Below are positions 18,947 to 29,561 of a DNA stretch of 64,000 nt, one piece after another. The stretch spans positions 27,974-91,973 of the forward strand of contig JAFUVZ010000050.1 of assembly GCA_017471185.1 (NCBI GenBank). The letters run 5' to 3'. This DNA comes from Bacteroidaceae bacterium (GTDB lineage: Bacteria; Bacteroidota; Bacteroidia; Bacteroidales; Bacteroidaceae). The position numbers and the translations under genes are program-made. The notes under the pieces were generated by a model that worked only from the letters and a program-made list of their open reading frames with translations, searched no databases and was not told the DNA's origin. Numbering within the stretch: position 1 is the first letter of the stretch; every line of letters begins with the position of its first letter.

Positions 18947-21900
18947 TTACCTGTCAACAGTCAGTCTTCCGTATTCATCCTTCAGCTTACCTTCATCTAA
19001 GAGTAACTGGATGGCACGATCCGCAGCAGCATCCACATTAGCACCCTTCCTGCTGAATCCCAATAAGTTGGAAACCAACTTCTTCAAATCCTCACGAGGA
19101 ATAGAAATCTGTTGTTCCACCGCATAAAGAGCCGCATTCATCAGTTCTATGACAGGCACATCAGCGATATCTCGTTTCGAGTCAATTCTATAGTATGTAT
19201 AGCCGGTAGCCACCATCTTGTCTATCCAATATACCTTACTCTTGGCATCGCTTAACGGATCCAGATAGAATCCAGCCATTTGTGTATCTACCAATTGCTG
19301 CAGTCGTGGTGTGATTCTTGGCAAATTCCACAAAGTGGCTATGCGCTTGTACAGGTAATTGTTGGTAACAGGCTGTTCGATTGTGATGATCTGACGCAAC
19401 TGCTCCCTCACTTTATTCTCATTCTTAATGACACGATCAATGTCGGGCTGAGCCGTAGAAGGTCTCAACGAAGCCGTCTTATACACCCTTTCGTGCTCAT
19501 TCACAGCCATAGCCACAGGCTCATCAGCGATGCTAAACAACTTCAGCTGAGTAGCTTGTGGAGATTTGTTCTCGTCCTTCTTCGACTTCTTCTCAGGGTG
19601 CTGCGCCTCATAAAGTTTCTCCAGGATACGCTTCAAGACACCCTCCTTATTCTCAAACCAATCAACCGACCACACTCGCATGAAATTCCAGTTAAGCATA
19701 CTCAGCACATTAGGCTGGCAAATCTCCCTGTCACGGGTAGTCTTGGTTTCGTAATAACTCTTGCCATCCGTCAGGATACCCATCAGGTATTTGTCAGGAT
19801 CATGAGGGTCAATCACACCTAAATCAATACGGAAATTTGATTTACCAACCATCTTATCCGTCTGATAGCCATGCTTCTGCAATTCATCAGCCAAGTCATT
19901 GATCAGTTCGCTTGCCTGCAGTTTGCTGGCATTGGCGGTTGGCAAAGCCTGCATGCCTAAGGCGGCAAACTCCAGGAATTTTTTCAGGCCAACCACACCC
20001 TTGGCATTAGAACGGCGCAAGTCAATTTGTTCTGCCCGCAAAGTCGAGAACACAATCATCTCATACCGGGCACGTGAAACAGCCACATTCAAGCGTCGTT
20101 CACCACCGTCGTTGTTCAGCGGGCCGAAGTTCATTGACACATGGCCGTTCTTATCAGGACCATAGCCCACAGAGAACAGGATTACATCGCGCTCATCACC
20201 CTGTACATTCTCCAGATTCTTGATGAAGATAGGCTCCTCCGACTGGCTGGATTTCAGCTCCAGGTCGGGATGCTTGGCCATTTCCTCATCCAGGATGTCC
20301 TCAATGAGAGTTTGCTGCACCTTACTGAATGACACGATACCGATGCTTCGTTTGCTCAGTTCATCATCCGACAAACGCCTGATGACCTCAGCCACAATTG
20401 CCTTTGCTTCAGCAGGATTGCTACGGGTGCGCCCCTTGTCGTAAGTACCTTCAATCTGCACCAGTGACACTTTTGACACACGGTCGTCAACCGACGGGAA
20501 AGTATAGAGTTTGCCTTCATAATACTGAGAATTGCTGAAGGCAATCAGGCTCTCATGCTTGCTTCGGTAGTGCCAGGTAAGGTAGCGTGATGGGATAGAA
20601 AGCGTGATGCAGTCGTCAAGGATGCTGTCCATATCATCAATCTCAGCTTCTTCCTCATCCACCGTTGAGGTTGCGAAGAAACTGGTAGGCGGCATCTGCA
20701 TCGGGTCGCCCACCACTACAAGGGCCTTGCCTCTGGCAATGGCACCTACAGCCTCGCTGGTAGGCATCTGTGAGGCTTCGTCAAAGACCACGATATCAAA
20801 TTTATCCCTATCAAGGTCAATATATTGTGCCACGGAAATCGGACTCATCAGCATACACGGACACAACTTGGGCAACAAGGTTGGAATCTGGTCGATAATC
20901 TTGCGGATGGTAGTGCCACGGCCACCATTGGCAATGTTACGCTTCAGAATACCCATCTCTGAATTAGCGGCTGCTTCCATCGTCTGCGAAGGAACATTGG
21001 CAGCCAGACGGAAATACAGTTCCTTCTTTGTGAGTTCTTGGAAAGCAGCTGTCTCCTTGCGATATTTGTCAATCAGATCGGTGAATATCAAGCCATTGAA
21101 CAGGCGCAACTGCTCGTCCTCATCCACCATCTTCATGATGAGCTGGTGATAGAGGCCTTTCAACAAAGCCTGTGCCGACTCCACCCCATCCTTATGGTCT
21201 TGTTCAATGTAGTCGCACACGCATTGCAGGTTCTCCTCCTGCAGTTCATGCTTGCGCATCACCCACTGGCACCAGTCCTTGATGTGACCGAAATTAAGCA
21301 GCCAACGCTCCAAAGTATCTGGTATAGAATGGGATATTTGTTCAGTTGGCAATGTCATACGGGCAAAGGTAGCCATCAGCGTCTTCTGCTGATTATGCAA
21401 GAGGTTGAGGTTCAGTAACTCCTTCATCTCTTCGCCATATTGTTGCTTGAACACAGGCAGGTCATCGCCAATCTTCTGCAGGAAGGTACCTCTGACGGTT
21501 GCATAGCTCATGTCATGACGGTTGGCGAAGCTGATGAGGAACTGTGATATCTGCGGAGCCGCATTAAACGACTGCTCCATCTTCGTCCAGTCCTGCTTGC
21601 TGTCTCCCACCAGGAAGCCGAACGACTGCTTGAGCAAATCTTTCTGCTCCTCCACTTTCTGGCGGTTTTCCTGATAAGATTGCACATTGTCCAGCAATTC
21701 CTCCACCTCTTCAGACTTGAGCGAAGCGTTATAGGTGTGCATCCGTTTCATAAAAGAACGTTTGGCAAAGAACTTAGGCAGGAACCATTTACGCTGTATT
21801 TCCTCCCATTCTTGCCGCAGATTGTTCACCTGAATACCGAGCACCTCATTGGCATTTTGTCTTAAGAGCTGATGTCTCAGCAAATCACGCTTCCTGCCCG

Positions 21901-24748
21901 CTGCCACCACATCGGCAAAATCCTTCTTGAAGTCTTGGTCAGCGGCCAGATCCATCAGGTTCGCATTGATAACGCTGGAATTCTGAAGGGCGTTAATAAG
22001 TTTAACTAAATCTTCAAGTTCAGATATGCTATCATCTGCAACTGAAGGCAATACCTTTGTTGAAATCCTTTCAGCAGCTTGCTTCAGTTCTGTAAAAATC
22101 TCACTGTATTTCTGTAAAACCTCTTTCACCTTACTGGTGGTTTCCAGACGGGCATCATAAGGCTCTAAACCCAGCAACGGACTGTCTGCAGGGTGACCTG
22201 AAATCTGGAAGACTGCGTTCAAGGAACTTATGTCTGCCTCCCATTTCTGCAAGGTCTCCACATTGACCATATCCAACGGAGGCAGATTCTCAAACAGTTC
22301 ATCCTGCTTGATGGCGAGGAAACGAGAAATGCAGTCATAAAGAGACAGTCCGAAAGGCTGTTTCTTGTGAAGAGCCTCTATGTTGGCTATCATCTTCTGC
22401 CTGTGTTCATAAAGCTTTTCTGCAGTACTCTCAAAATCCTGCGGCTGTTTGATATGGGCAGCATCTAATGCCATCTGCATCTGCGAAAGGAAATGCTGTT
22501 TGGTCATCTTATTGGAGTGCATCTCTAAGCAGAAAGGCTCCAGACCAATCTTCTTCAATCGCTTCTGCACCACCTCCAAGGCAGCCATCTTCTCAGCCAC
22601 GAAGAGCACCCGTTTGCCCTGGTAGAGGGCGTTGGCAATCATGTTGGTGATAGTCTGCGACTTACCGGTTCCCGGAGGTCCGTGAAGAATGAAGCTTTTG
22701 CCTTCGCCGGAATCCACCACGGCTTCCATCTGCGAAGAGTCCACATCCAAAGGTATGGCATATCGCTGGGGCTTGATGGTCTTGTCCATCTCCCTGGCAT
22801 CAATCTCATCTGCATAGTCCTGCCACTTCAGCTTGTTCTCCATCAGTGTGGCAATCACGGGATTCTGCTTCAGTTTGGCGGCATTGGTATGTATATCGTT
22901 CCACATCACGAACTTACTGAAAGAGAAAAGTCCTAACATCGCCTCCTCCAGTAAGTTCCAACGCTTCATTCCACTCAGATACTGGCGTATGGCGGCAAAC
23001 ACTTGCTTCACATCTACACCATGCTCATCTTCAGGTAGCGGACTGAGTGCTTTAAGGTTGATGTTAAACTGCTGCTTCAGCAATTCTATCAATGTGATAT
23101 TCAGAACCATATCTTCATCACGAGAGCGAATTACATAGCCGGTGTCCCCACCCTTTCTGATTATATCTACAGGTAAGAGCAGAATAGGAGCATATCGTGG
23201 CAGAACACTCTTCTCGCTCTCGTACCATTTCAAGATACCCAACGCCAGGAACAGAGAGTTGGCGCCATTTTCCTCCATCGCCGTGCGTGCCGTTCTGTAA
23301 ACAAACTTCACCGCATTCTTGAGTTCCGTGTCACTCAGGTATGAAATGAGCCTCTTGTTTTTCATCTCGTCCCTCACCAAAGCCTCCATATCAGCAGCTT
23401 GCAGCGATGAGTCATACATGCTCCCGTCGGTTGGCTCTATCTGTGTCTGGGGGAATGGCTGGAGCGAGAAACTCTTGCCATCCTGCAGTTCGTCTTCAAG
23501 CTGGTCTAAGCCGAATGACACAAACGGTATGATCCGCTTACCGAGCTTGGTGTTTATCAGGTTGTTCCTCAAAGAGAAATCAAGCAACTTCCGTTCCCAG
23601 ATCGTTTGCTTGGTCACCGTGCGTTTGTCTTCTTCAATCTTCAAGGCATAATGGTCGAGTTTCTCCACGTGAGTGGTAGCATTGTCATGTTTGATGCCGG
23701 TATTCTCCACAATCCACTGTCCGTTGTGCTCAATGCGCTGTGGCAAAGGACGTATGTTGCTCAAACGGCAACGATGGACATCAATGAACATCTGGAAATT
23801 ATCTTCATTCTTCAAGGCATTGACCGCTATCCTGACCGCTTCATCGAAAGGCACTTGGTCTGATGATGTCAGTTTGGTTGTCTCCACCAGAACGATATCA
23901 TTCACTCCGTCGGCACATTTCTTCAAGAGGAATGAAGCGTCATCGCCGATATTCTGAGCGTAAATGTTTTCCGTAAGCCAGGCACCAACGAAGATATGTC
24001 CTTTCAACAAAACCAATATCGGGAACAAGCCTACGCTTTCCAGACAGGAAGCATAAAGCAATGTGGAATCCAAGCAGGTGGCCAGCTTCTCCGTCAGTAC
24101 GCGGTCAGCCAGTCGAACCCGCTGCCCCATAGGCTCAAAGGAAGCAGGTGAGGTGACATAAACCAATGATTCTTCACGCAAAGCCTCGTAGAGGGCGGCC
24201 ACTTGCAGACGAGCCCTGTGACGGTCTTGTGTCTGGTATTCATCCATGGCAGATGAGCCTGTCCATTTCTCTAAGTATTTGGAAGCGTTCACGATTACCC
24301 TGGAGAGCAACGGATGGTTTGGTGTCACGAAAGAAGCCAGCAGTTCGGGGCGCACCGTACTGCCCGTCCACTGGTCGTATGCCATCAGACTGATGGGGAA
24401 ATCATGCCGTAACAGTTCTTCTTCACCTGCTTTGACGGAAAGCGTGAAGACTGTCTGCACCATCTCCGTCATATTCAGCAACCGGTCGGGTATCGGTTCC
24501 AAAGTCAGCTTATCAGCCTGTACACGTTGGCGGGGCATCATCTTGTCGATATGCATCTCTGAAGGCTTAATAAATTCACCCTCAATCATTATCAAAACAT
24601 CATTCCATTCTTCATGGCCTTGGTTCTCTATCTCACAAAGGTTACAGGTACTCACCCTGTTGAGTACCATTGAGTAGTTCACGCAAGGCAGGTAATCAAT
24701 CCTCAAACTGCCTTGATGACCATTGTTGAAAGAGTCTATATTATCCAT
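18947..24748 (-). CDS. DUF4011 + SF1 helicase + Vsr-like nuclease + DUF3320 protein (Hhe-type)
   Basis: WERKLLDFSLRNNL, GPPGTGKSQT, FDEASQ, GDPMQMPP, HYRS, VQGDERD, RLNVAVSRAR, RIDLGV...RVWSVDW. Confidence 0.88.
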   Translation of the reverse strand: MDNIDSFNNGHQGSLRIDYLPCVNYSMVLNRVSTCNLCEIENQGHEEWNDVLIMIEGEFIKPSEMHIDKMMPRQRVQADKLTLEPIPDRLLNMTEMVQTVFTLSVKAGEEELLRHDFPISLMAYDQWTGSTVRPELLASFVTPNHPLLSRVIVNASKYLEKWTGSSAMDEYQTQDRHRARLQVAALYEALREESLVYVTSPASFEPMGQRVRLADRVLTEKLATCLDSTLLYASCLESVGLFPILVLLKGHIFVGAWLTENIYAQNIGDDASFLLKKCADGVNDIVLVETTKLTSSDQVPFDEAVRIAVNALKNEDNFQMFIDVHRCRLSNIRPLPQRIEHNGQWIVENTGIKHDNATTHVEKLDHYALKIEEDKRTVTKQTIWERKLLDFSLRNNLINTKLGKRIIPFVSFGLDQLEDELQDGKSFSLQPFPQTQIEPTDGSMYDSSLQAADMEALVRDEMKNKRLISYLSDTELKNAVKFVYRTARTAMEENGANSLFLALGILKWYESEKSVLPRYAPILLLPVDIIRKGGDTGYVIRSRDEDMVLNITLIELLKQQFNINLKALSPLPEDEHGVDVKQVFAAIRQYLSGMKRWNLLEEAMLGLFSFSKFVMWNDIHTNAAKLKQNPVIATLMENKLKWQDYADEIDAREMDKTIKPQRYAIPLDVDSSQMEAVVDSGEGKSFILHGPPGTGKSQTITNMIANALYQGKRVLFVAEKMAALEVVQKRLKKIGLEPFCLEMHSNKMTKQHFLSQMQMALDAAHIKQPQDFESTAEKLYEHRQKMIANIEALHKKQPFGLSLYDCISRFLAIKQDELFENLPPLDMVNVETLQKWEADISSLNAVFQISGHPADSPLLGLEPYDARLETTSKVKEVLQKYSEIFTELKQAAERISTKVLPSVADDSISELEDLVKLINALQNSSVINANLMDLAADQDFKKDFADVVAAGRKRDLLRHQLLRQNANEVLGIQVNNLRQEWEEIQRKWFLPKFFAKRSFMKRMHTYNASLKSEEVEELLDNVQSYQENRQKVEEQKDLLKQSFGFLVGDSKQDWTKMEQSFNAAPQISQFLISFANRHDMSYATVRGTFLQKIGDDLPVFKQQYGEEMKELLNLNLLHNQQKTLMATFARMTLPTEQISHSIPDTLERWLLNFGHIKDWCQWVMRKHELQEENLQCVCDYIEQDHKDGVESAQALLKGLYHQLIMKMVDEDEQLRLFNGLIFTDLIDKYRKETAAFQELTKKELYFRLAANVPSQTMEAAANSEMGILKRNIANGGRGTTIRKIIDQIPTLLPKLCPCMLMSPISVAQYIDLDRDKFDIVVFDEASQMPTSEAVGAIARGKALVVVGDPMQMPPTSFFATSTVDEEEAEIDDMDSILDDCITLSIPSRYLTWHYRSKHESLIAFSNSQYYEGKLYTFPSVDDRVSKVSLVQIEGTYDKGRTRSNPAEAKAIVAEVIRRLSDDELSKRSIGIVSFSKVQQTLIEDILDEEMAKHPDLELKSSQSEEPIFIKNLENVQGDERDVILFSVGYGPDKNGHVSMNFGPLNNDGGERRLNVAVSRARYEMIVFSTLRAEQIDLRRSNAKGVVGLKKFLEFAALGMQALPTANASKLQASELINDLADELQKHGYQTDKMVGKSNFRIDLGVIDPHDPDKYLMGILTDGKSYYETKTTRDREICQPNVLSMLNWNFMRVWSVDWFENKEGVLKRILEKLYEAQHPEKKSKKDENKSPQATQLKLFSIADEPVAMAVNEHERVYKTASLRPSTAQPDIDRVIKNENKVREQLRQIITIEQPVTNNYLYKRIATLWNLPRITPRLQQLVDTQMAGFYLDPLSDAKSKVYWIDKMVATGYTYYRIDSKRDIADVPVIELMNAALYAVEQQISIPREDLKKLVSNLLGFSRKGANVDAAADRAIQLLLDEGKLKDEYGRLTVDR

Positions 24749-24857
24749 TTTAAGGTCACATTTTCATTAAAATGCTCAAATATAGAGATTATTTTGCTAA
24801 AATCAATGAAAAAAGATGTATATTTGGGCAATTTAACAAAATTAATTATGTAGGACT

Positions 24858-27413
24858 ATGAAGAACAGATTGATTTCAACAGCGCTATTAGCCTTGGGCC
24901 TGGGATTTGCATCTGCCCAGCTGCCTTATCAGAACCCTTCGCTTTCTCCGGAAGAGCGTGCAGAGGATCTGCTTCTGCGCCTGAACCTGGAAGAGAAAGT
25001 GACACTGATGCAAAACACTTCAAAAGGTATTGACCGTTTGGGCATTAAGCCTTACGATTGGTGGAATGAAGCCCTGCATGGTGTTGGCAGAAACGGCTTG
25101 GCTACTGTATTTCCACAGACTATCGGAATGGCTGCATCTTGGAACAACGAGTTGCTCGAACAAGTCTTTACTGCAGTGAGTGATGAGATTCGTGTGAAAC
25201 ACCGGCTGGCTAAAGAGTCGGGCGACGTTAAGCGCTATCAGGGCCTTACCTTCTGGACACCTAACATCAATATCTTCCGCGATCCACGTTGGGGACGCGG
25301 TCAGGAAACCTACGGTGAAGACCCCTACCTCACCGGAACGATGGGTTTGGCGGTAGTTCGAGGTTTGCAAGGGCCCGCTGATTCTAAGTATGATAAAGCC
25401 CACGCTTGTGCCAAGCACTTTGCCGTACATTCAGGACCAGAATGGAACCGCCACGTTTATAACGCCGACCTCACTGATCCCCGCGATCTTTATGAAACCT
25501 ACCTACCTGCATTTAAGGATTTGGTTACCAAGGGTAATGTGAAAGAAGTGATGTGCGCTTATAACCGCTATGAAGGTAATCCTTGCTGCGGTAGCAACCG
25601 CCTGCTGGTACAGATTCTGCGCAATGAATGGGACTATCAGGGTATTGTGGTGAGCGACTGCGGTGCTATCGATGATTTCTATCGTAAGGGTTACCATCAG
25701 ACCGCTATGGATGCCGCTGAAGCATCTGCAACTGCGGTGCTTACCGGAACTGACCTCGAATGTGGTACTGCCTATCGCCAGCTTGTTCAGGCTGTTCAGC
25801 GTGGGGAAATCAAAGAGAGTGACATCGATGTGAGCGTGATGCGTCTGCTCAAAGCACGTTTCGAACTGGGTGAGATGGATGAGCATACTCCTTGGGACGA
25901 CCTGCCCACCTCACTGCTTAACAGCAAGGAACACCAACAGCTCGCCCTGTCTATGGCTCGCCAGTCAATGGTTCTGTTGCAAAACAAAAACGACATCCTG
26001 CCACTGAAGAAGAATCTCACCGTAGCCGTGATTGGTGCCAACGCCAATGATTCAGTGATGCAGTGGGGTAATTACAACGGTACTCCTGCAGCAACTTCCA
26101 CACTGCTCAAGGCGATGCAACAGCGTCTGCCAAAGTCGAAGCTGATTTATGTGCCGGCTTGCGACCTGACTTCTGACCGTGTATTCACCAGTCTCTTCAA
26201 CCAGTGCTACAACGCATCTGGAAAGGGTTTCGAAGTTGAATACTGGGACAACAAGGAATTCAATGGCAACTCTATCGTAAAAGGCCGTGAAACCACTCCT
26301 TGGTCACGATATACCGAAGGCAATACCGCTTTTGCCGCAGGTGTTCCTCTCCATGATTTCTCATGCGTATATAAGAGTACCTTCCATGCTGTACAAACCG
26401 CTGATGTAGAGATCCGTATCGGTGCGCTGGGTGCGACCACCCTCCTCATCAATGGTAAAGAAGTAGAGAAGAAAACAGGCAACCTCAACGCTCTCACTCC
26501 ATTCTATGTACTCAAGACCGAAGCCGGTAAGAACTATGACATAGAGGTGCGTTATCAGTATATCACCTATGCAGGCAAATTCAGCTTTGACATAGGTTTG
26601 AACGAGAAGTTTGATGTTCAGAAGGTAATCAATCAAGTGGCAAAGGCGGATGTAGTCATCTATGCAGGTGGTATTTCTCCACGCCTTGAAGGCGAGGAAA
26701 TGCCTGTATCTATTGACGGATTCAAGGGCGGTGACCGTACAGATATCGAGTTGCCAGCCATCCAGCGTAACCTGCTTAAAGCTCTCAAGGCAGCAGGCAA
26801 AAAAGTGGTCTATGTCAACTTCTCTGGCTCTGCCATCGGAATGGTTCCGGAAACTGAATCTTGCGACGCCATCATCCAGGCTTGGTATCCAGGTCAGGCT
26901 GGAGGAACCGCTATTGCTGATGTCATCTATGGCGACTACAACCCTGCAGGACGCTTGCCTGTTACGTTCTACAAAAGCATCAGCCAGGTGCCAGATTTCG
27001 AGGACTACAGCATGAAGGGACGCACTTATCGCTATATGACGGAAGATCCTCTCTTCCAGTTCGGTTACGGATTGAGCTACACCACTTTCCGCTATGGCAC
27101 TCCTCGCATAGAAGGTAAGAATGTGGTGGTAGCCGTTACCAATACGGGCAAGCGAGATGGAGATGAGGTTGTTCAGCTTTATGTAAAGAATAATGACGAC
27201 AACAATGGCCCGCAGAAGACGCTCCGTGGCTTCAAGCGCGTCAGCATTCCTGCAGGTAAAACGGTCAATGTAACGATACCTCTCACGGATGAGACTTTCA
27301 ACTGGTGGGACAAGAATATTCACACCGTTCATCCTTTGAACGGCAACTATACATTGCTCGTTGGCAACAGCTCAGCAGACAAGGATTTGCAGGCTCTCAG
27401 CTACACTTTTTAA
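24858..27413 (+). CDS. xyl3A: GH3 beta-xylosidase with PA14-like insertion
   Basis: WWNEALHG, RDPRWGRGQETYGED, KHFAVH, VSDCGA, LEGEE; signal peptide; TATATTTG box at 24819. Confidence 0.9.
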   Translation: MKNRLISTALLALGLGFASAQLPYQNPSLSPEERAEDLLLRLNLEEKVTLMQNTSKGIDRLGIKPYDWWNEALHGVGRNGLATVFPQTIGMAASWNNELLEQVFTAVSDEIRVKHRLAKESGDVKRYQGLTFWTPNINIFRDPRWGRGQETYGEDPYLTGTMGLAVVRGLQGPADSKYDKAHACAKHFAVHSGPEWNRHVYNADLTDPRDLYETYLPAFKDLVTKGNVKEVMCAYNRYEGNPCCGSNRLLVQILRNEWDYQGIVVSDCGAIDDFYRKGYHQTAMDAAEASATAVLTGTDLECGTAYRQLVQAVQRGEIKESDIDVSVMRLLKARFELGEMDEHTPWDDLPTSLLNSKEHQQLALSMARQSMVLLQNKNDILPLKKNLTVAVIGANANDSVMQWGNYNGTPAATSTLLKAMQQRLPKSKLIYVPACDLTSDRVFTSLFNQCYNASGKGFEVEYWDNKEFNGNSIVKGRETTPWSRYTEGNTAFAAGVPLHDFSCVYKSTFHAVQTADVEIRIGALGATTLLINGKEVEKKTGNLNALTPFYVLKTEAGKNYDIEVRYQYITYAGKFSFDIGLNEKFDVQKVINQVAKADVVIYAGGISPRLEGEEMPVSIDGFKGGDRTDIELPAIQRNLLKALKAAGKKVVYVNFSGSAIGMVPETESCDAIIQAWYPGQAGGTAIADVIYGDYNPAGRLPVTFYKSISQVPDFEDYSMKGRTYRYMTEDPLFQFGYGLSYTTFRYGTPRIEGKNVVVAVTNTGKRDGDEVVQLYVKNNDDNNGPQKTLRGFKRVSIPAGKTVNVTIPLTDETFNWWDKNIHTVHPLNGNYTLLVGNSSADKDLQALSYTF

Positions 27414-27428
27414 AGATAATCGTTGAGC

Positions 27429-27466
27429 ATGAAAAAGGCTGCAGGATAACTGCAGCCTTTTTTCAT
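27429..27466. terminator. Bidirectional intrinsic terminator
   Basis: AAAAAGGCTGCAG-GATAA-CTGCAGCCTTTTTT between convergent GH3 and GH51. Confidence 0.85.
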
Positions 27467-27489
27467 TATTACTGTTTATTCTTCTCTAC

Positions 27490-29466
27490 TCACTTACTGA
27501 TGACCAGCACAACGAAGGTGTAAGCGGGCAATGAGCCTTTAATGAAGTTTCCGTTTACAGGCAGAGAGATTTCAAACGGCTTGATAAGGTTCGGATTGGC
27601 GATGGTATTCTCTGCTTCCAGATTATTGCTCTGCAATACAATTGCCTTCGCGGATTTCAACGTTTCCCCTTTCTTCAAGCCTTCTACCTTCAGAGTCAGC
27701 TGTTGCGAATGGCCAGTGGTATTGGCCACCTTCACATAAATCTCTCCGGTAGGTGCATTCAATACGGAAGAAGCGAAAAGTCCGTCCTGACCCTCTGCAC
27801 CCGTTACGGCCATTCCGTCCATCGTGAGGTTCAGCACGTTCGTCCCTTTGTAATGCCCGTAAAGCTGCTGGACATAATATGAAGCCGTGCGCACTGTGTT
27901 CAGGTTGTCAAACCAAATCAGGTCTGGTCTCCACTGCCATCCTTCCACATGAGCGAACAGTGGCGCGTAGGTAGCCATGTGAACGATGTCTGCATTGCGG
28001 TCCAAGCCCGTCATAAAGGCAGCTTCCAGCAATGCCGGATAGAAATGGTTGTACTTCTTTCCAGAAATATGGCAGGCATATTCGCCGGCAAACACCTTCG
28101 GTCCCTTGCGGTCATAGTTGTCGTAGCGGGCACCCTGACTGAGGAACCAGTTGGCCGGGCGATAGAAATGCTCATCCACCAGATCTGCACCCAGCCGTTT
28201 CATCTGAGGCCACAGATAATCAAACTGATCACCTTCAGAATTAGGTCCTGCGCTACCCACAATCTTGATGTTCGGATAGGCTTTGCGGATGGCTTTTACA
28301 AACGGCTCCAAGTGCTCTGGATAAATCTCGTCCCACTGCTCGTTGCCAATGGCAATAAACTTCAGGTTGAAAGGATCGGGATGGCCCATATCAGCACGGA
28401 GCTTGCCCCATTTGGAATCAGTGCTTCCGTTAGCGAACTCAATGAGATCAAGCGCATCCTGCACATAACCGTCGAGCAGCTCCACAGGCTGATGGGCGTT
28501 CATATCGTCATTCTGGAATTGGCAGGCAAGGCCGCAGCTCAATACGGGCAGAGCCTCTGCGCCAAAATCCTCGCAAAGTTGGAAGAATTCATAGAATCCA
28601 AGTCCATAACTCTGATAATAATCAGAAAGATAACGATAAGGGAACGTATATTGCCAACGGTTCTCATTCAGCGGACGGTTCTCAACCGGCCCTACCGTAT
28701 TCTTCCAATTATAGCGAGTATCAAGGTCTGTTCCTTCAACGATACAACCGCCAGGGAATCGGAAAATGCCAGGTTTCAGGTCTGCCAATGCTTGTGCCAG
28801 ATCCTTGCGCATACCATTCTCCCTACCCTTCCAAGTGTCTGTTGGGAAGAGTGAAATGTGTTCTAAATCAACAGCCTGTTTGCCTTCTAAGAAGATTCGC
28901 AATGAAGCCTTGGGGTTAGTGCGGGGCGACTTGATCACCACCTGGTATTTCTTCCATTCCTTAGAATCAATAGTTACCCGCTCCGTTGCGAAAGCCTGCC
29001 GTTCTTCATTCCCGTATGGGTCACAAAGCTCCACGCGTATCCTCACGGGATCATTTCCTTCAGCAATTCTCGCCCATACGGAAAAGCGGTAGGTTGCATC
29101 CTGTTTGACGCCAATACCGAAGATGCCACTGTTCTCGATGACGGTAAACTTATCCTTATGACCTGTATATCCCAGACGCACATAGTGAGGATTCTTATCG
29201 AACGGTCCGTCCTCACGAACCTGAACATTACCAACGGTCTTCCAGCCTTCCAACCGCTGAGGAAATTCAAAAGAACGGTTCTCCACCAGTTCGGCATAAA
29301 GTCCACCATCAGCTGCAAAATTGATATCTTCGAAAAAGATACCATACATTGTCGGTTGGATGGGTGCTCCTATCTTCTTGGTCTGCAACACCAGTTCGTG
29401 AGTCTGTGCCTGCAAGGCCATACAGCCCAGAAAGAGGGCTGAAGCAAATGCTGTTAGTTTTCTCAT
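27490..29466 (-). CDS. GH51 alpha-L-arabinofuranosidase
   Basis: YGIFFEDIN, RFPGGC, GNEQW, FAGEY, TYAPLF; start at MRKLTAF signal peptide. Confidence 0.92.
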   Translation of the reverse strand: MRKLTAFASALFLGCMALQAQTHELVLQTKKIGAPIQPTMYGIFFEDINFAADGGLYAELVENRSFEFPQRLEGWKTVGNVQVREDGPFDKNPHYVRLGYTGHKDKFTVIENSGIFGIGVKQDATYRFSVWARIAEGNDPVRIRVELCDPYGNEERQAFATERVTIDSKEWKKYQVVIKSPRTNPKASLRIFLEGKQAVDLEHISLFPTDTWKGRENGMRKDLAQALADLKPGIFRFPGGCIVEGTDLDTRYNWKNTVGPVENRPLNENRWQYTFPYRYLSDYYQSYGLGFYEFFQLCEDFGAEALPVLSCGLACQFQNDDMNAHQPVELLDGYVQDALDLIEFANGSTDSKWGKLRADMGHPDPFNLKFIAIGNEQWDEIYPEHLEPFVKAIRKAYPNIKIVGSAGPNSEGDQFDYLWPQMKRLGADLVDEHFYRPANWFLSQGARYDNYDRKGPKVFAGEYACHISGKKYNHFYPALLEAAFMTGLDRNADIVHMATYAPLFAHVEGWQWRPDLIWFDNLNTVRTASYYVQQLYGHYKGTNVLNLTMDGMAVTGAEGQDGLFASSVLNAPTGEIYVKVANTTGHSQQLTLKVEGLKKGETLKSAKAIVLQSNNLEAENTIANPNLIKPFEISLPVNGNFIKGSLPAYTFVVLVISK

Positions 29467-29561
29467 AATATAGTTTTTTAATATTTCAATGAACAAATGT
29501 AAGCATAAATAGCGAATTTTCATTATCTTCGCAGCAGAAATTGAAAATAATCTTATTAGCA

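Noticed and set aside
24858-29466. Polysaccharide utilisation locus
   Set aside because: GH3 and GH51 are convergent with no SusC/SusD or sensor-regulator adjacent.
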